Shown: positions 51,901-64,000 of the stretch, piece after piece
Layout of the letters: each line of letters opens with the position of its first letter
Numbering within the stretch: position 1 is the first letter of the stretch
Source: Paraspadella gotoi
Taxonomy: Eukaryota; Animalia; Chaetognatha
Reading direction: 5' to 3'
NCBI GenBank assembly: GCA_051294375.1
Contig: CM119269.1
Coordinates: forward strand, 9,979,056-10,043,055
Length of the DNA: 64,000 bases
Notes under the pieces: model-generated
The model's database searches: none
What the model saw: the letters and a program-made list of their open reading frames with translations, nothing else
Told to the model about the DNA's origin: nothing
Translations under genes and position numbers: made by a program

Positions 51901-54045
51901 CATCTCTTAACTCTCTTTTCTCCTCAGATGATCTTGAGGCAAAAGTTAATGACTCCGACCGCGAAAACCAAAAACACCAGAGAAGGAAAAAACATCTTTG
52001 AATACAAATGTCCGTGACCTGTCTGTCTGTCAGCTGTCTGTCCAATTGTCTGTCCCTCTGTATGTCCGTCCTCCCCGTCCTATCTGTGTCTGTCCGACTG
52101 TCCGTCTTTCGATCTGTTCCGTTCACTGTCCACCCATTACTTCAGTATGTGAATGACTGCTATAATGTCACCAAATACATACTTTCTTTCTCTCCTTCAC
52201 CCGTCTCTGTTTCACTGTCGTTGTCCCTATCTCTTTATGCATCTTCTGACTTCCCTCCCATCTAACTTCATTTCTTCTTAATCCATTTGTCTCTCTTCCG
52301 CCAAGTAAATGACGCCGTCCAATAAAGCGCAGTTTGAACTGGTATAAGGGACAGTTTTAACTGCGCCCTCCTTTTCTTGTGCAGCGAAAACTGTCTTTTT
52401 TTCCCTCTTGTTTTGGGGAATCCCTACCGAACTTACTTTTTTACGGGGATTACTGTTTGAAACGCTTCTGCCTTATCCACGGCCGGGGAAATCCCGCCAC
52501 TATTTTTGATGGGGATTGACGTTTGAAGCCCTGTCCCCAACTGTGAATCATTATCATGGGCGTCCTTGTTATAAAAATATTTTAACTGAAACATAAGTAA
52601 CCTTAACAATCCTAATTTAAAAATAAATAATTTATTTGCATTTAGATTTATTCTCTAAACGCCTCTATTTTATATTATCTCTCTCTCTCGGTCTAACCTC
52701 TCTCCTTTTTTTTTTCTATATTTCACATCATTATCAATTCTCTTCATCCAAGCTCGTCACTAATTTCAGTCATCTCTTCATCATCTATCTCTCTATCTCG
52801 ATCATCATTGTCAATATATATATATTCTCTCTTCTCATTTTATGTATCTTTTTATTATCACTACTTTTTTTCTATTTTTATCTCTGCTCACTTCTTTCTC
52901 TCTCTTTGTCACCTCTCTCTTCTTCTTTTTATTTTCCATATATATGTCATATATATGTATATATTATATTAGAGTTCCCAAGCCTCAAACCACCGCATAA
53001 AAACAAAGTTCTCCTACATCGGTCGGGGTCGGTATCCCCATTATTTTTAACTTAAATTCATTTTAAAAGCCTGGTTTAAGCAAATAAATGTTGTTTGCTA
53101 ATAAACCCAATCGAGCGTCAAAGTAAACAAGTATTGATGCAAAAATATAGCGCAAATGGATAATAATTTTTTAAAGAAAGAGGTTTAATATGCTATAACT
53201 AAGGATTTTTTACCAATATTAGTTAAAAAATACCAGTAGCTTCTTCTCCCCTATTTTTGTTTTATAAATTAAAAATATCTTGTTATTATGGGGCGTGGCC
53301 CTTAACCGGAAGTAAGTTTTTTCAGCTATATGTGTTTTTAATAGTTCCAATTTTAATGAAATTAATTTTAAATGTAACAAAAGTTAGATTTTTATTATAT
53401 TTTATTTTTTATCTTTGTTTATTCATAAGCATGAGGGCAATGAGTTTTTGGGCAAGCTTATCATATCCACCCCCCTCAATCAATTCAAAATTATAGGTAA
53501 TATTTTTTACCTCAGTTAAAAAAAAATTACTTGTATAGGAAATTTATAGAAATGCCACAACATTTTTTTCCTAACCTTTTTGCTAATGATAAAGCAAATT
53601 AAACTGAAATTACAATATTAATTCTCAATGATTTTAAAATTTAGTTTTTTCCTTGATCAAAGACAGAAACTTAAATCTCCATCATTTCTAATTTTTTTTC
53701 TTTAAAAAGAAATATAATTAAAATATTTGAAATAATATATATATTAATTCTACTAATGTAATAATAATAATTAAAAATTGAAAAATTAATAAAATAATGG
53801 AATTAAGTTTAAATTGACATATTACTGAAAAGCTGTCTTTATTAAGAGTAGAGTCTAGAGAGAGATAAGGTTTTTTAACAAAGAAAGCAGAGAATGAGAG
53901 TCGGATTGGGGATAAGTAGAGAAGAGACAGATGTTAAGGGAAGCAAAAATAAGGTGCAACCCTAACTGAAGCACTTAGTTCGTCGCTCTCCACGAACCGG
54001 GGCATCCCTCATAAAGGAATNNNNNNNNNNNNNNNNNNNNNNNNN

Positions 54046-55314
54046 TCTTATTCCATAAATTTTCCTTCTTCTCTCCCATTTTCCTTTTTCTTTCTTTTTC
54101 CTTCCATTTTTTTCTTTCTTTTTTTTCCATTTTCATTTTCGGCGCCGACGACGGAGAAGATTCCCTTTGGGATTTGACCCTCGGAAGGGAAAACGTGAGG
54201 GGAATGAATGAGGAATGGGGGAGGAGAGGGGAAATGAAATGAAAAATGGTGGAGGAGGGGGGGAAGATTGAATGAAAAATGGGGGAGGAGAAGGGGAATA
54301 GAATAAAAATGGCGGAAGAAGGGGGGAAATGAAATAAAAATGGGGATGAAGGGGGAAATGAATAGAAAATGGGGAGGAAGGGGGGAAAGTGAATGAAAAT
54401 GGGGGAAGAGAGGGGGAAAATGAAATAAAAATGGGGATGACAGGGGGAAATGAATAAAAATGGGGGAGGAAAGGGGGGAAATGAATGAAAATGGGGAGAA
54501 GAAATGAAGACGAGGATAAGTAAAACTATAATAAAAGGTTGAAAAGTAATAGAAAGAATGAACCAAAAGTCCTTGATTACTTCAATATGTAAATGAGATT
54601 TTTCCAATTTATGCAAGACGTACACTCATCACTTTTGAATGGCTGGGTGTTTAGCTTACATCAGATTCCGGATCTAAAATTGGTTTCGTCGGTCCGTCGG
54701 TCCCACCCCAAAATCTTTTCGGTTGGTCACTTAAATCATGTCAGAACATGAAATTATGATAAATTATACAAGAAAACCGATGTCCGTCCGTCTGTCCGTC
54801 CGTCTGTCTGTCTGTCTTTCTATCCGTCCCACCTTAGCTTTACGATTGACTTAAAATTTTGTTTGTGGGTTATAAGATTGTGATTGATTGATTGAGCTGA
54901 AAATAAAATTTCGATGGAATCGTCCGAGTGGAAATGAGTTTAAATTAAAAAAAAATATATTAAATGTCAATGCAAGCTGCATCAATTGATTAATTAATTA
55001 ATAGGGGTAATCAGTTGCTAAGCGCCAATGATCCGGCATTGTTTGCTCAAACTTTTCAAAGAAAATATCAGCTTCAATCATTTTTATTATAAAAAATTAA
55101 ATTTAAAATACCAATATTTTTTTTAAAAAATGAAAAACTAAGGATAAAAAATATTAAAAATTAAGTTCATTTTAGGATGGATTCGTTTAATGTGCAGCGG
55201 CGACATTTCTTTTTCCTTTCGACAAAAGGATAAAAAATCATTTTTCTTTATTATTTATGAAAGAGAAACCAAATATAATTGTTTCATTCCTTCAGCGCAC
55301 CTGCGCTTCATTCA

Positions 55315-55345
<31 letters not shown>
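54046..55345. repeat. Third partial copy of about 49295-50700
   Basis: Starts right after the 25-N gap at 54021-54045. Same sequence as 49295-50700 and 60195-61560. Confidence 0.88.
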
Positions 55346-55349
<4 letters not shown>

Positions 55350-55450
55350 GAGAGAGATTTGGGCTATTTTTTTTTTTTTTTTTTTTTTATTTTTTTTTTT
55401 TTTTTATATATTTTTTTTTATTATATTATTTTTTTTTTTAATATTTTTTT

Positions 55451-58400
55451 TTCTTATATGTATGGGAAGAGGAAACAATTTGAATGAATCGTTGGAAGTA
55501 TTTTGGTCATATTATCAACAGGCGTCTTATCCTGAAATTTTAGGTATATAGGATATAGGGATTTCCGGTGGGATTACGGTTTAGGGCATAAGGGATAAGG
55601 GTTAAGCTATAGGTTTAGTTTGAGATATTTTAGTTGGGTGTTAGATTTAGGTTGGTTACACTTTAAGTTTCGTCTGTCACGAGGTTATTAAGTTTATATA
55701 TGATACAATTTATTTATAAACGAAAAGGTTCTATTTTTAATATACTTGTTTGGAGATCCACTAAAAAGGACAAAAGAGGGAGGAGGGACGGGGGGGAGGG
55801 GGATAAGATAAGTACATGATAATTATGTAATAGTCTTTTGAACGAAAGAGCTAAACACTGTTGACGAGGCGTTCTCACTGCACATTTCTCTCGGCTACAA
55901 TCGCGAACAACTGTTTGGCAATTTAGTTGATCGATACGCATACTTTTTTCCTCACGTGCACATTTATTGCTGGGGGGTACGCCTGGCGCGCTTTGTGCAC
56001 GTCGCGCACTTTTTGTTATTCTCTAATCTTCGACTGCAAAATCTTTTGTGTCGATTTTTCAAAAAAGGAATTAGTATGTGTTGGTATAGTTATAAAGACT
56101 GGATTTATTGTAGCTAGAAAACGTTATATATAGGCACATCTCATGAAAAATGGCGTAACGTTACTGTTCCGTGCATAAAAAAATTCATGTATAATGTTGT
56201 GTTTGTTTATGTGGGAAAAACCTTTTTGTGGAGTGGGTACTGGCTCTGGCTCCTTCCATGCCGATTGTTCTCTCAAATAAATTTTTTTATTTTAACATTA
56301 TGGGAAAAAAGGATAAATTTGGAATGCAGGTTGCAGAAAGGGTACAGATAATCTGGACATATTGACATGATAAATTGTTTATATCTTGGTGAAATGGGGG
56401 CAGTAAAGAAATCTAAAAATTTCTTTGGTCAGTCAATGAACCCTTTCCAATGCCTTTACGGAAATATTTTTCTTAATAAAAATGGATGGATAAATAATAA
56501 ATTAATTTTTCCTTCTATATTTAATTTTCCATTACACAATGATGTTTTGCTTTGGTCAAATATGTTACCAAGCTATATAAATTTTTTAACAAACTTTATA
56601 ATGATTAAATCAAGCAAGTGTGTCAAGCTTTTTAGTTTTGGTTAAAGTTGTGGATTTTTTTTCACAGACAAAAGGTTGTGTTTTATCAAGCTGTTTTGTT
56701 TTTTTTTTTAATATTTAAAAATATATTTTATCAAGCCTAACACATAAATTTTTGCTTGTTTTACTTTCTGTTGCTTTTATGGATAATTTTATAACAAATT
56801 AATTCAGGTCTTTCTTTTTCAAATTACAAAAGAAAAAAATTTTTTTTTGATATTGTTGCGTTTACTTTTAACTTTTGTGTTGTAAGATTTATGGATTAAT
56901 TTAATAAAACTCTTTTAGAGGTGTACTCTGTATCAGGGCTTTATTTGATCCAACATCACCTTGCTTTTTTCTTTCGTTATTTATAACGTTTTTTAAATTA
57001 AGCAGTACAAATCTTTGTAATAAAAATTTCGGCAAGCGGGAGTTCTCTTTTTTTGTTGGTAGCATAACTTAAATTTCAAAAATAAAACTTAAGAAAATTT
57101 TTGTTTTGAGACATATCACTTTGTGTACCATCTTATTTTTTTTTTTTAAAGCTTTGGTTGAAATTTTTTCAAATTGTTGGAAAAAAATTTCCGTCCCGAC
57201 CTATGCTCAATTGAGAATAATGGTTTTTGCATAGAAAATTAAAAATTATCAAAAAAAATAAAAAAATCAGCCTCTAAAAAATCGAAAAGGCTAGAAGGCT
57301 GATTTTTTTAGAAAAATTGGCAAAATTTTTTTCCTGACTCATAATCCATTAATTCTAAAAGTTTCAAAATAATTTTTTTCCAAAATCATTCAATCAATTT
57401 TTTTTTAATTATTTAAAATGTTTTTTATGATGTTGTTTTTTGTTTGAAAGAATTGAAAAAAAAGTGAAAAATATAGTAATTATATAAGGTTTTTGAAAAT
57501 ACCTTTAAAATATTAAAAAATTAGACACAAGGGGGAGTAAGCAAGCAGAAAACTTCCCATTCATAAAGAGAGAGAGAAAATGATTTGGGTCAATATTGTT
57601 ATTTTAGATTAATTGACTAATTACAACAAATGATTTCATATAAATTGAGGATAAATGATGGGTAAAAAATATTCATCTTGGTCCGGTTTAACTAATTTAG
57701 TTTTATCGTTAAGTTTTGTTTTAATAATATTAATATTTTTTTTGCATTTAATAAAAAGCAATGGTTCTAAAATTTTGTAAGCGTTTCGAGCTATAATTGA
57801 TTCATCTTTTTTAACTATTTTGATCTAGTTAAGCTTTTTATGTTGATGGTCAAGGGTTATGGTCAGTACAGATATGTCCAGTAAGTGGTATATCGCACAT
57901 ATTACTCAAAAAGTAAGTGATCAATTAATTTGGCTCAGAAACGATTTTAAAAGGGACAAAATCAGCACGAGACCGTTTCGGCCACGTTATTTTTCATTTG
58001 TTGTCATAGAGGGAAATCATTTTTGTTTATCGTTTCACCGATGCAAAACCAATGTAAAATTCATAGTTCTTAACTTTCTTCTGCAAAATCTCTGAAATGA
58101 AAAATTTTTTTAAATAAGAAAATTTCTCTTAACTTAAATCTGTTCCCACTTTACTTTTTCGGTTAATTCTTTTTCTTCGACTTTTCTTTACTTAATCTCA
58201 ACTTAATCCCATCTGCCTTTTAAAAAGATTTATCAATCCTCTCCTTCCTTCCTCATTCTCATCTTAATCGCTTTCCCACTTTATTGTCAATTCCCCACTT
58301 TTTTAATTCCCTTCTCTTCTTAAAAATCTACTTTATTCTTCCTCAATCACAATTTTCTGCTCCCTTTTCTGTTTTTTCTTAATTGATGCTTTCGTCGTCA

Positions 58401-59026
58401 TCACGAAATGAGTCGCACTTCACCCAAATCCCTTTCCTTCTTTCATCTCCTGCTCCTTTCCGTCCCTTTTTCTTCCTTCTTTTCTCTCTTCCCTCCCATC
58501 CTTCTTTCCTTCTTTTTTGCCCCCCTCTCCCCCCCCCATCCCCACCTTCGCTCTCCTCCCCCTCTCTTCTCGTCTCTCCGCTTTCCTTCGCTCACCCCGC
58601 CCCACGGCGTCAACAGTTCTTTCACATTTGTGATTCTCTTTTCTAACTCGAAATGCGTAAACTACGAAGTTTCTGCGGCCGTTAGAAAGGCGTGAACGAC
58701 GAGAGGGGCGTCACCACGAGGATGAACGTCGCCCAGTCGTCACCTCAAAAAACGTGACAAAATTGACGCGTTGGCGCATGACACCCGTCGACGTGACAAA
58801 TTGAGAGTAAGCTACATGCAAAACGGAGAAACTATTTTACCAAGAGCGCGCCCAAATTATTTAATTTAATATAATAAATTTAAATTAGTAAGAATAAGTT
58901 TGAGTTTATTTGAAGACAGATCTGTCCTTCACCTTGACCTGTCCCACAATCTGACCACTATTCTTTTCTCAACTCTGTGTTGGAAAAACTTTTTGCCCCT
59001 GTCTCTGTCTCTCTGTCCTCTCTCTC

Positions 59027-59059
<33 letters not shown>

Positions 59060-59996
59060 GTCTTACTTTCCTTTGCACAAATAATTTGTAAAAGTTCACA
59101 AAACAATTTTTCTCTATGACGCTGAAGAAGGGCTTGTAAACTAAAAGCCGAAAATGTAAGTCCTTATGTACTAATAAGAAGTCCTTATTTTCTACTAATC
59201 AAACACAACGAAAAGAAAGGAAATTCGCTATGCCTAATATTTTAAATTTAATTAATTAATTTAATAACCAAACGCTGAAATGAAACTCGCAAAAATAAGA
59301 GTCAAAAACTAACCGACTATTCTTTCATTAAAATTGTTATATGTCAGCTAAAAAACTGTTTTCCTAATATTCTCAAAACGCCAAACGAAAAAGAGAGAAA
59401 ACTATAACATAATACCGTAACCCAATATTTTTTTCTAAAAAATTTAAACATTAATGATATTGATAACGTTAGAGGGCAAAGAGTTTGGTTCCTGACAGTA
59501 AACCCTTAACTTAATCTCAGCTTAATCGCCCACCTTTTCGCCCTAAACGCAAAACGCCTATTCTTTAATTCAATCCTCAACCAGTAATTTTTAACTCCTA
59601 TTAATCCTAATCTCAAGCCTAATCCCATAAGCCCTAGTGTTTATGCCCTAATTTTTAATCTAATCTTAAATCTTAAAACTTAAAAACAAATTTGAAAAAT
59701 AAGTTTTAAAAGGGGCATTTTTGGAAAATAAGGCCCAAAAATGAGAAACGTGCGACACTAAGTGGAGCTACGGCGGAAGTTTGACACGCAATCAGTACAA
59801 AGTGACACCTTTCAAGCCTCTGAACACGGTCAGGTGACACGGTCGCGTGACACGGGTGTGTGAAACGGGCGTGAACAAAACCTCGAAGTGGGAACTCGGA
59901 GGTTTTTTCGGTGACGAAAGAAAAGATTTTCGTCGCCTAAAAGTCACTTTACTTACATTTAAAGACTCTTAAGGGATTTCATTCTTCTCTCTATCT

Positions 59997-60028
<32 letters not shown>

Positions 60029-61500
60029 GCTCTCGCTCTTCTCCTCTCGTCTCTCTGCTCTCTCTCGCTATCTTCTATATCCTTAAATTTTCTAAATCCC
60101 TTAGGCTTCCTCTCTCTCTCTCTCTCTCTCCGCTTTTCCACTCGAAATTCCCAAAAAAGGAAAGAAACAGTTTTTTTTTTTTTCCCTTTTTCTTTCTTAA
60201 TTCCATAAATTTTCCTTCTTCTCTCCGCATTTTCCTTTTTTTTCTTTTTCCTTCCATTTTTTTCTTTCTTTTTTTTTCCATTTTCATTTTCGGCGCGCGA
60301 CGACGGAGAAGATTCCCTTTGGGGATTTGACCCTCCGGAAGGGAAAACGTGAGGGGAATGAATGAGGAATGGGGGAGGAGAGGGGAAATGAAATGAAAAA
60401 TGGTGGAGGAGGGGGGAAATGAATGAAAATGGGGGAGGAGAAGGGGGATGAATAAAAATGGGGAAGAAGAGGGGGAAATGAAATGAAAAATGGGGAGAGA
60501 GGGGGGGGAAGTATGAATGAAAATGGGGAGGAGAGGGGGAATATGAATGAAAATGGCGAAGAGAGGGGGGAAATGAAATAAATGGGGATGACAGGGGGAA
60601 ATGAATAAAAAATGGGGAGGAAAGGAGGGAAAGAATGAAAATGGGGAGAAGAAATGAAGACGGGATAAGTAAAACTATTAATAAAAGGTTGAAAAGTATA
60701 GAAAGAAATGAACCAAAAAAGTCCTTGCATTACTTCAATATTGTAAATGAGAGTTTTTCTCGCAATTTAGCAAGACGTTACACTCATCACCCTTTTGAAA
60801 TGGCTGGGTGTTTCTTACACAGATTCCGGATCTAAAATTGGTTTTCGTCGGTCCGTCGGTCCCACCCCAAAATCTTTTTCGGCTTTGTCACTTAAATAGT
60901 CAGAACATGAAATTATGAATCAAAATTATACAAGAAAACCGATGTTCCGTTAGCCGTCTGTCGTCCGTCTGGTCTGTCTGTCTTTCTATCCGTCCCACCT
61001 TAAGCTTTACGATTGGACTTAAAATTTTGTTTGTGGATTATAAGATTGTGATGTGATTGATTGAGGCTGAAAATAAAAATTTCGATGGAAATCGTCCAGT
61101 GAATGACGTTAAAATTAAATAAAAAATATATTAAAATGTCAATGCAAGCTGCATCAATTGATTAATTATTATAGGTAATCCAGTTGCTAAGCGCCAATGA
61201 TCCGGCCATTGTTTGCTCAAACTTTTCAAAAGAAAATATCAGCTTCAAGTCAATCTTTTATTAATAAAAAATAAATTTTAAATACGCAATATTTTTTTTT
61301 AAAAAAATGAAAACACTAAAGCGATAAAAAATATTAAAAATTAAGTTCATTTTAGGATCGGATTCGTTCTAATGTGCAGCGGGCGACATTTCTTTTTCTC
61401 TTTCGACAAAAGGATAAAAATCATTTTTCTTTATTATTTTATGAAAGAGAAACGCAAATTATAATTGTTTTCATTCCTTCAGCGTCACTGCGCTTCATTC

Positions 61501-61570
<70 letters not shown>

Positions 61571-61725
61571 CTCTCTCTCCTCTCCTCTCTCTCCGCTCAA
61601 AAAGGCGAATATATTCTGATTAGATATTATTCTTGCTTATCCCTATTTCTCGTCGCGAACTATGTCCAAACTTTGTCTAAAATTGAGGGATTGAGGGAGA
61701 GATAGAGAAAGAGAGGGAGAGAGGA

Positions 61726-61763
<38 letters not shown>

Positions 61764-61790
61764 AGNNNNNNNNNNNNNNNNNNNNNNNNN

Positions 61791-61827
<37 letters not shown>

Positions 61828-63544
61828 CAATCCTTGTGTCAAATCCCACAAGAGAAAAATTCTGTGATTGTGATTTAAAATCTGAGCCGAAAACTTCTCT
61901 TTTTTGAGGTCTCCCTGTCAGGTCATTTTGTCAAATTTTCTTGAGTTCACCTTCTCAGGTCATTAAGTCTATTCTTACTCTCATGACACAATAAGTGAGT
62001 CTAAGGTCCTAATAAAACTTAAAAGTATATTTATTTTTATATCCGTGATTTATTTTCATTGTATAATATCTCATATATCAATAAGGTAATATTTATCTTA
62101 AAGTAGTTGTCCAATGGTCGCTGTCCGAATGTCCAATTGTCCTCATATCTGGTAAATCCTGATTTCTTGATGTCGAGACTTCTTGATGTGTTTCTGCAAA
62201 GGTCACCAAAGGGCAACGCCGGCAATGGGGAAAGTTAGACAAAAGGAGATCAAAATCTGCTATGGTAAATCGTCAGAGACCCGGCCTTTTGATTTCCCCA
62301 TTTAATGGTCGGTCGGTCGGTCTTCCTATAAAAGAAAACACTTTTCCTCCCTAATTTTCTTCTTAACATAAAAATAATCTATTCACTCCTTTTTACCTCT
62401 CTAATCCCTCTTACTCCTCTACTTCTCTAAATCTCCTCTCTCCCCCTCCTCTACCTCTCTAAATTTCCTATCTCTCCTCCTCCACCCTTCTAAATCTCCT
62501 CTCTCCTCCTCATATACCTCTCTAAATCTCTTTTCTCCCCCGCATCTACCTCTCTAAATTTCCTTTCTTCTCCTCCTCTACCTCTCTAAATCTCTTCTCT
62601 CCCCATCCTCTACCTCTCTAAATCTCCTCTCTCGCCCTCATTTACCTCTCTAAATCTCCTCTCTTCCCTCCTCTACCTCTCTAAATCTCCTCTCTCCCCT
62701 CCTCTACCTCTCTAAATCTCCTCTCTCCCCTCCTCCATCTAAATCTCCTCTCTTAACTCTCTTTCTCCTCAGATGATCTGAGGGCAAAAGTTAATGACTC
62801 CGACGCGAAACCAAAAACCCAGAGAAGGAAAAAACATCTTGAATACGAATGTCGTGACCTGTCTGTCTGTCCAACTGTCTGTCCAATTGTCTGTCCCTCT
62901 GTATGTCCGTCTCCCCGTCTATCTGTCTGTCCGACTGTCCGTCTTTCGATCTGTTCCGTTCACCCACCCTTACTTCAGTATGTGAATGACTGCTATATGT
63001 CACCATCCATACCTTTCTTTCTCTCCTTCACCGTCTCTGTCCCTGTCGTTGTCTCTATCTCTTTATGCATCTTCTGACTTCCTCTCCATCTAACTTCATT
63101 TCATTCTAATCCATTTGTCTCTCTTCCCCAAGTATGACGCCGTCCAATAAAGCGCAGTTTGAACTGGCTATAAGGGGACAGTTTTAACTGCGCCCTCTTT
63201 CTGTGCACGAAAACTGTCTTTTTTCCCTCTGTTTTGGGGAATCCCTACCACTACTTTTTACGGGGATTACTGTTTGAAACCTTCTGCCTTATCCACGGCG
63301 GGGAATCCCCGCCACTATTTTTGATGGGGATTGACGTTTGAAGCCCTGTCCCCACTGTGAATCATTATCATGGGCAGTCCTTGTTATAAAAATATTTTAA
63401 CTGAAAACATAAGTAACCTTAACAATCCTAATTTAAAAATAAATAATTTATTTGCATTTAGATTTATTCCTAAACCCTCTATTTTATATTATCTCTCTCT
63501 CTCGGTTACTTACCTCCTACTTTTTATTTTTTCTATTTTCAATC

Positions 63545-63581
<37 letters not shown>

Positions 63582-63790
63582 CTCTCTCTTTCAAGCTATA
63601 TATACTATTATTGACTCTCTCTCTCTTTCAAATACTTGTATCTCTAACATCTTTCTCACACCTAGCTGACTATTTTTTTTTCTACTTTTTTATCTCTCTC
63701 ACTTTCTTTCTCTCTCTTTTGTCTACCTCTCTCTCTTTCTTTTTTATTTTCATATATATGTACATATATATGTATATATATATATATCTC
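55451..63790. repeat. Large direct duplication, copy 2
   Basis: Same order of landmarks as 44425-52960. The first ~1.7 kb is heavily degraded by deletions. Confidence 0.9.
59118..59163 (+). ncRNA. Indel-damaged copy of the hammerhead ribozyme in the duplicated block
   Basis: gacgctgaagaagggcttgtaaactaaaagccgaaaatgtaagtcc, colinear with 48256-48298. Confidence 0.5.
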
Positions 63791-63887
63791 TCTCTCTCTC
63801 TCTCTCTGTCTGTCTCCCTTTTTCATGGGTATTAGAGCGTAGTGAAAGTTACATGCAAAAATATTAAAAATATATTAAAGAAAGGAA

Positions 63888-63925
<38 letters not shown>

Positions 63926-64000
63926 AACAAAAAAAAAAAATAAAACATCCCAAATCGTTTGACCTCGATTATGTATCGATCATTTGATGGATACCTTGAA

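Larger units (their letters stand above)
44425..52960. repeat. Large direct duplication, copy 1 (about 8.5 kb)
   Basis: Colinear with 55451-63790 (offset about 10.8-11.0 kb), e.g. identical ORFs 49173-49385 and 60075-60287. Confidence 0.9.

Overview
Eukaryotic, AT-rich, microsatellite-laden DNA (probably an invertebrate animal) from a gapped long-read assembly. Nearly all long ORFs in the track are translations of (GA)n, (GAAA)n or (GTC)n repeats. The main gene is a minus-strand multi-MAM-domain protein. I reconstructed 12 exons (38850 down to 15463) with GT-AG sites and matching phases: 1563 nt, about 520 aa, four tandem MAM domains, with the 5' and 3' ends not found. One intron holds a same-strand ORF for a small single-pass membrane protein with an LPTYEEA (PY-type) motif. 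The 3' end and donor of another exon have been amplified into a 57-bp minisatellite, giving five tandem splice donors. A ~6-kb block of MAM exons occurs three times (16.6-34.5 kb) and an ~8.5-kb non-coding block occurs twice (44.4-63.8 kb). The extra copies are full of 1-bp indels and lie near 25-N gaps, so they are probably assembly artefacts. The non-coding block contains a minimal type I hammerhead ribozyme of the Penelope-element type. MITE-like foldbacks, a tRNA-SINE-like element and several minisatellites are also present.
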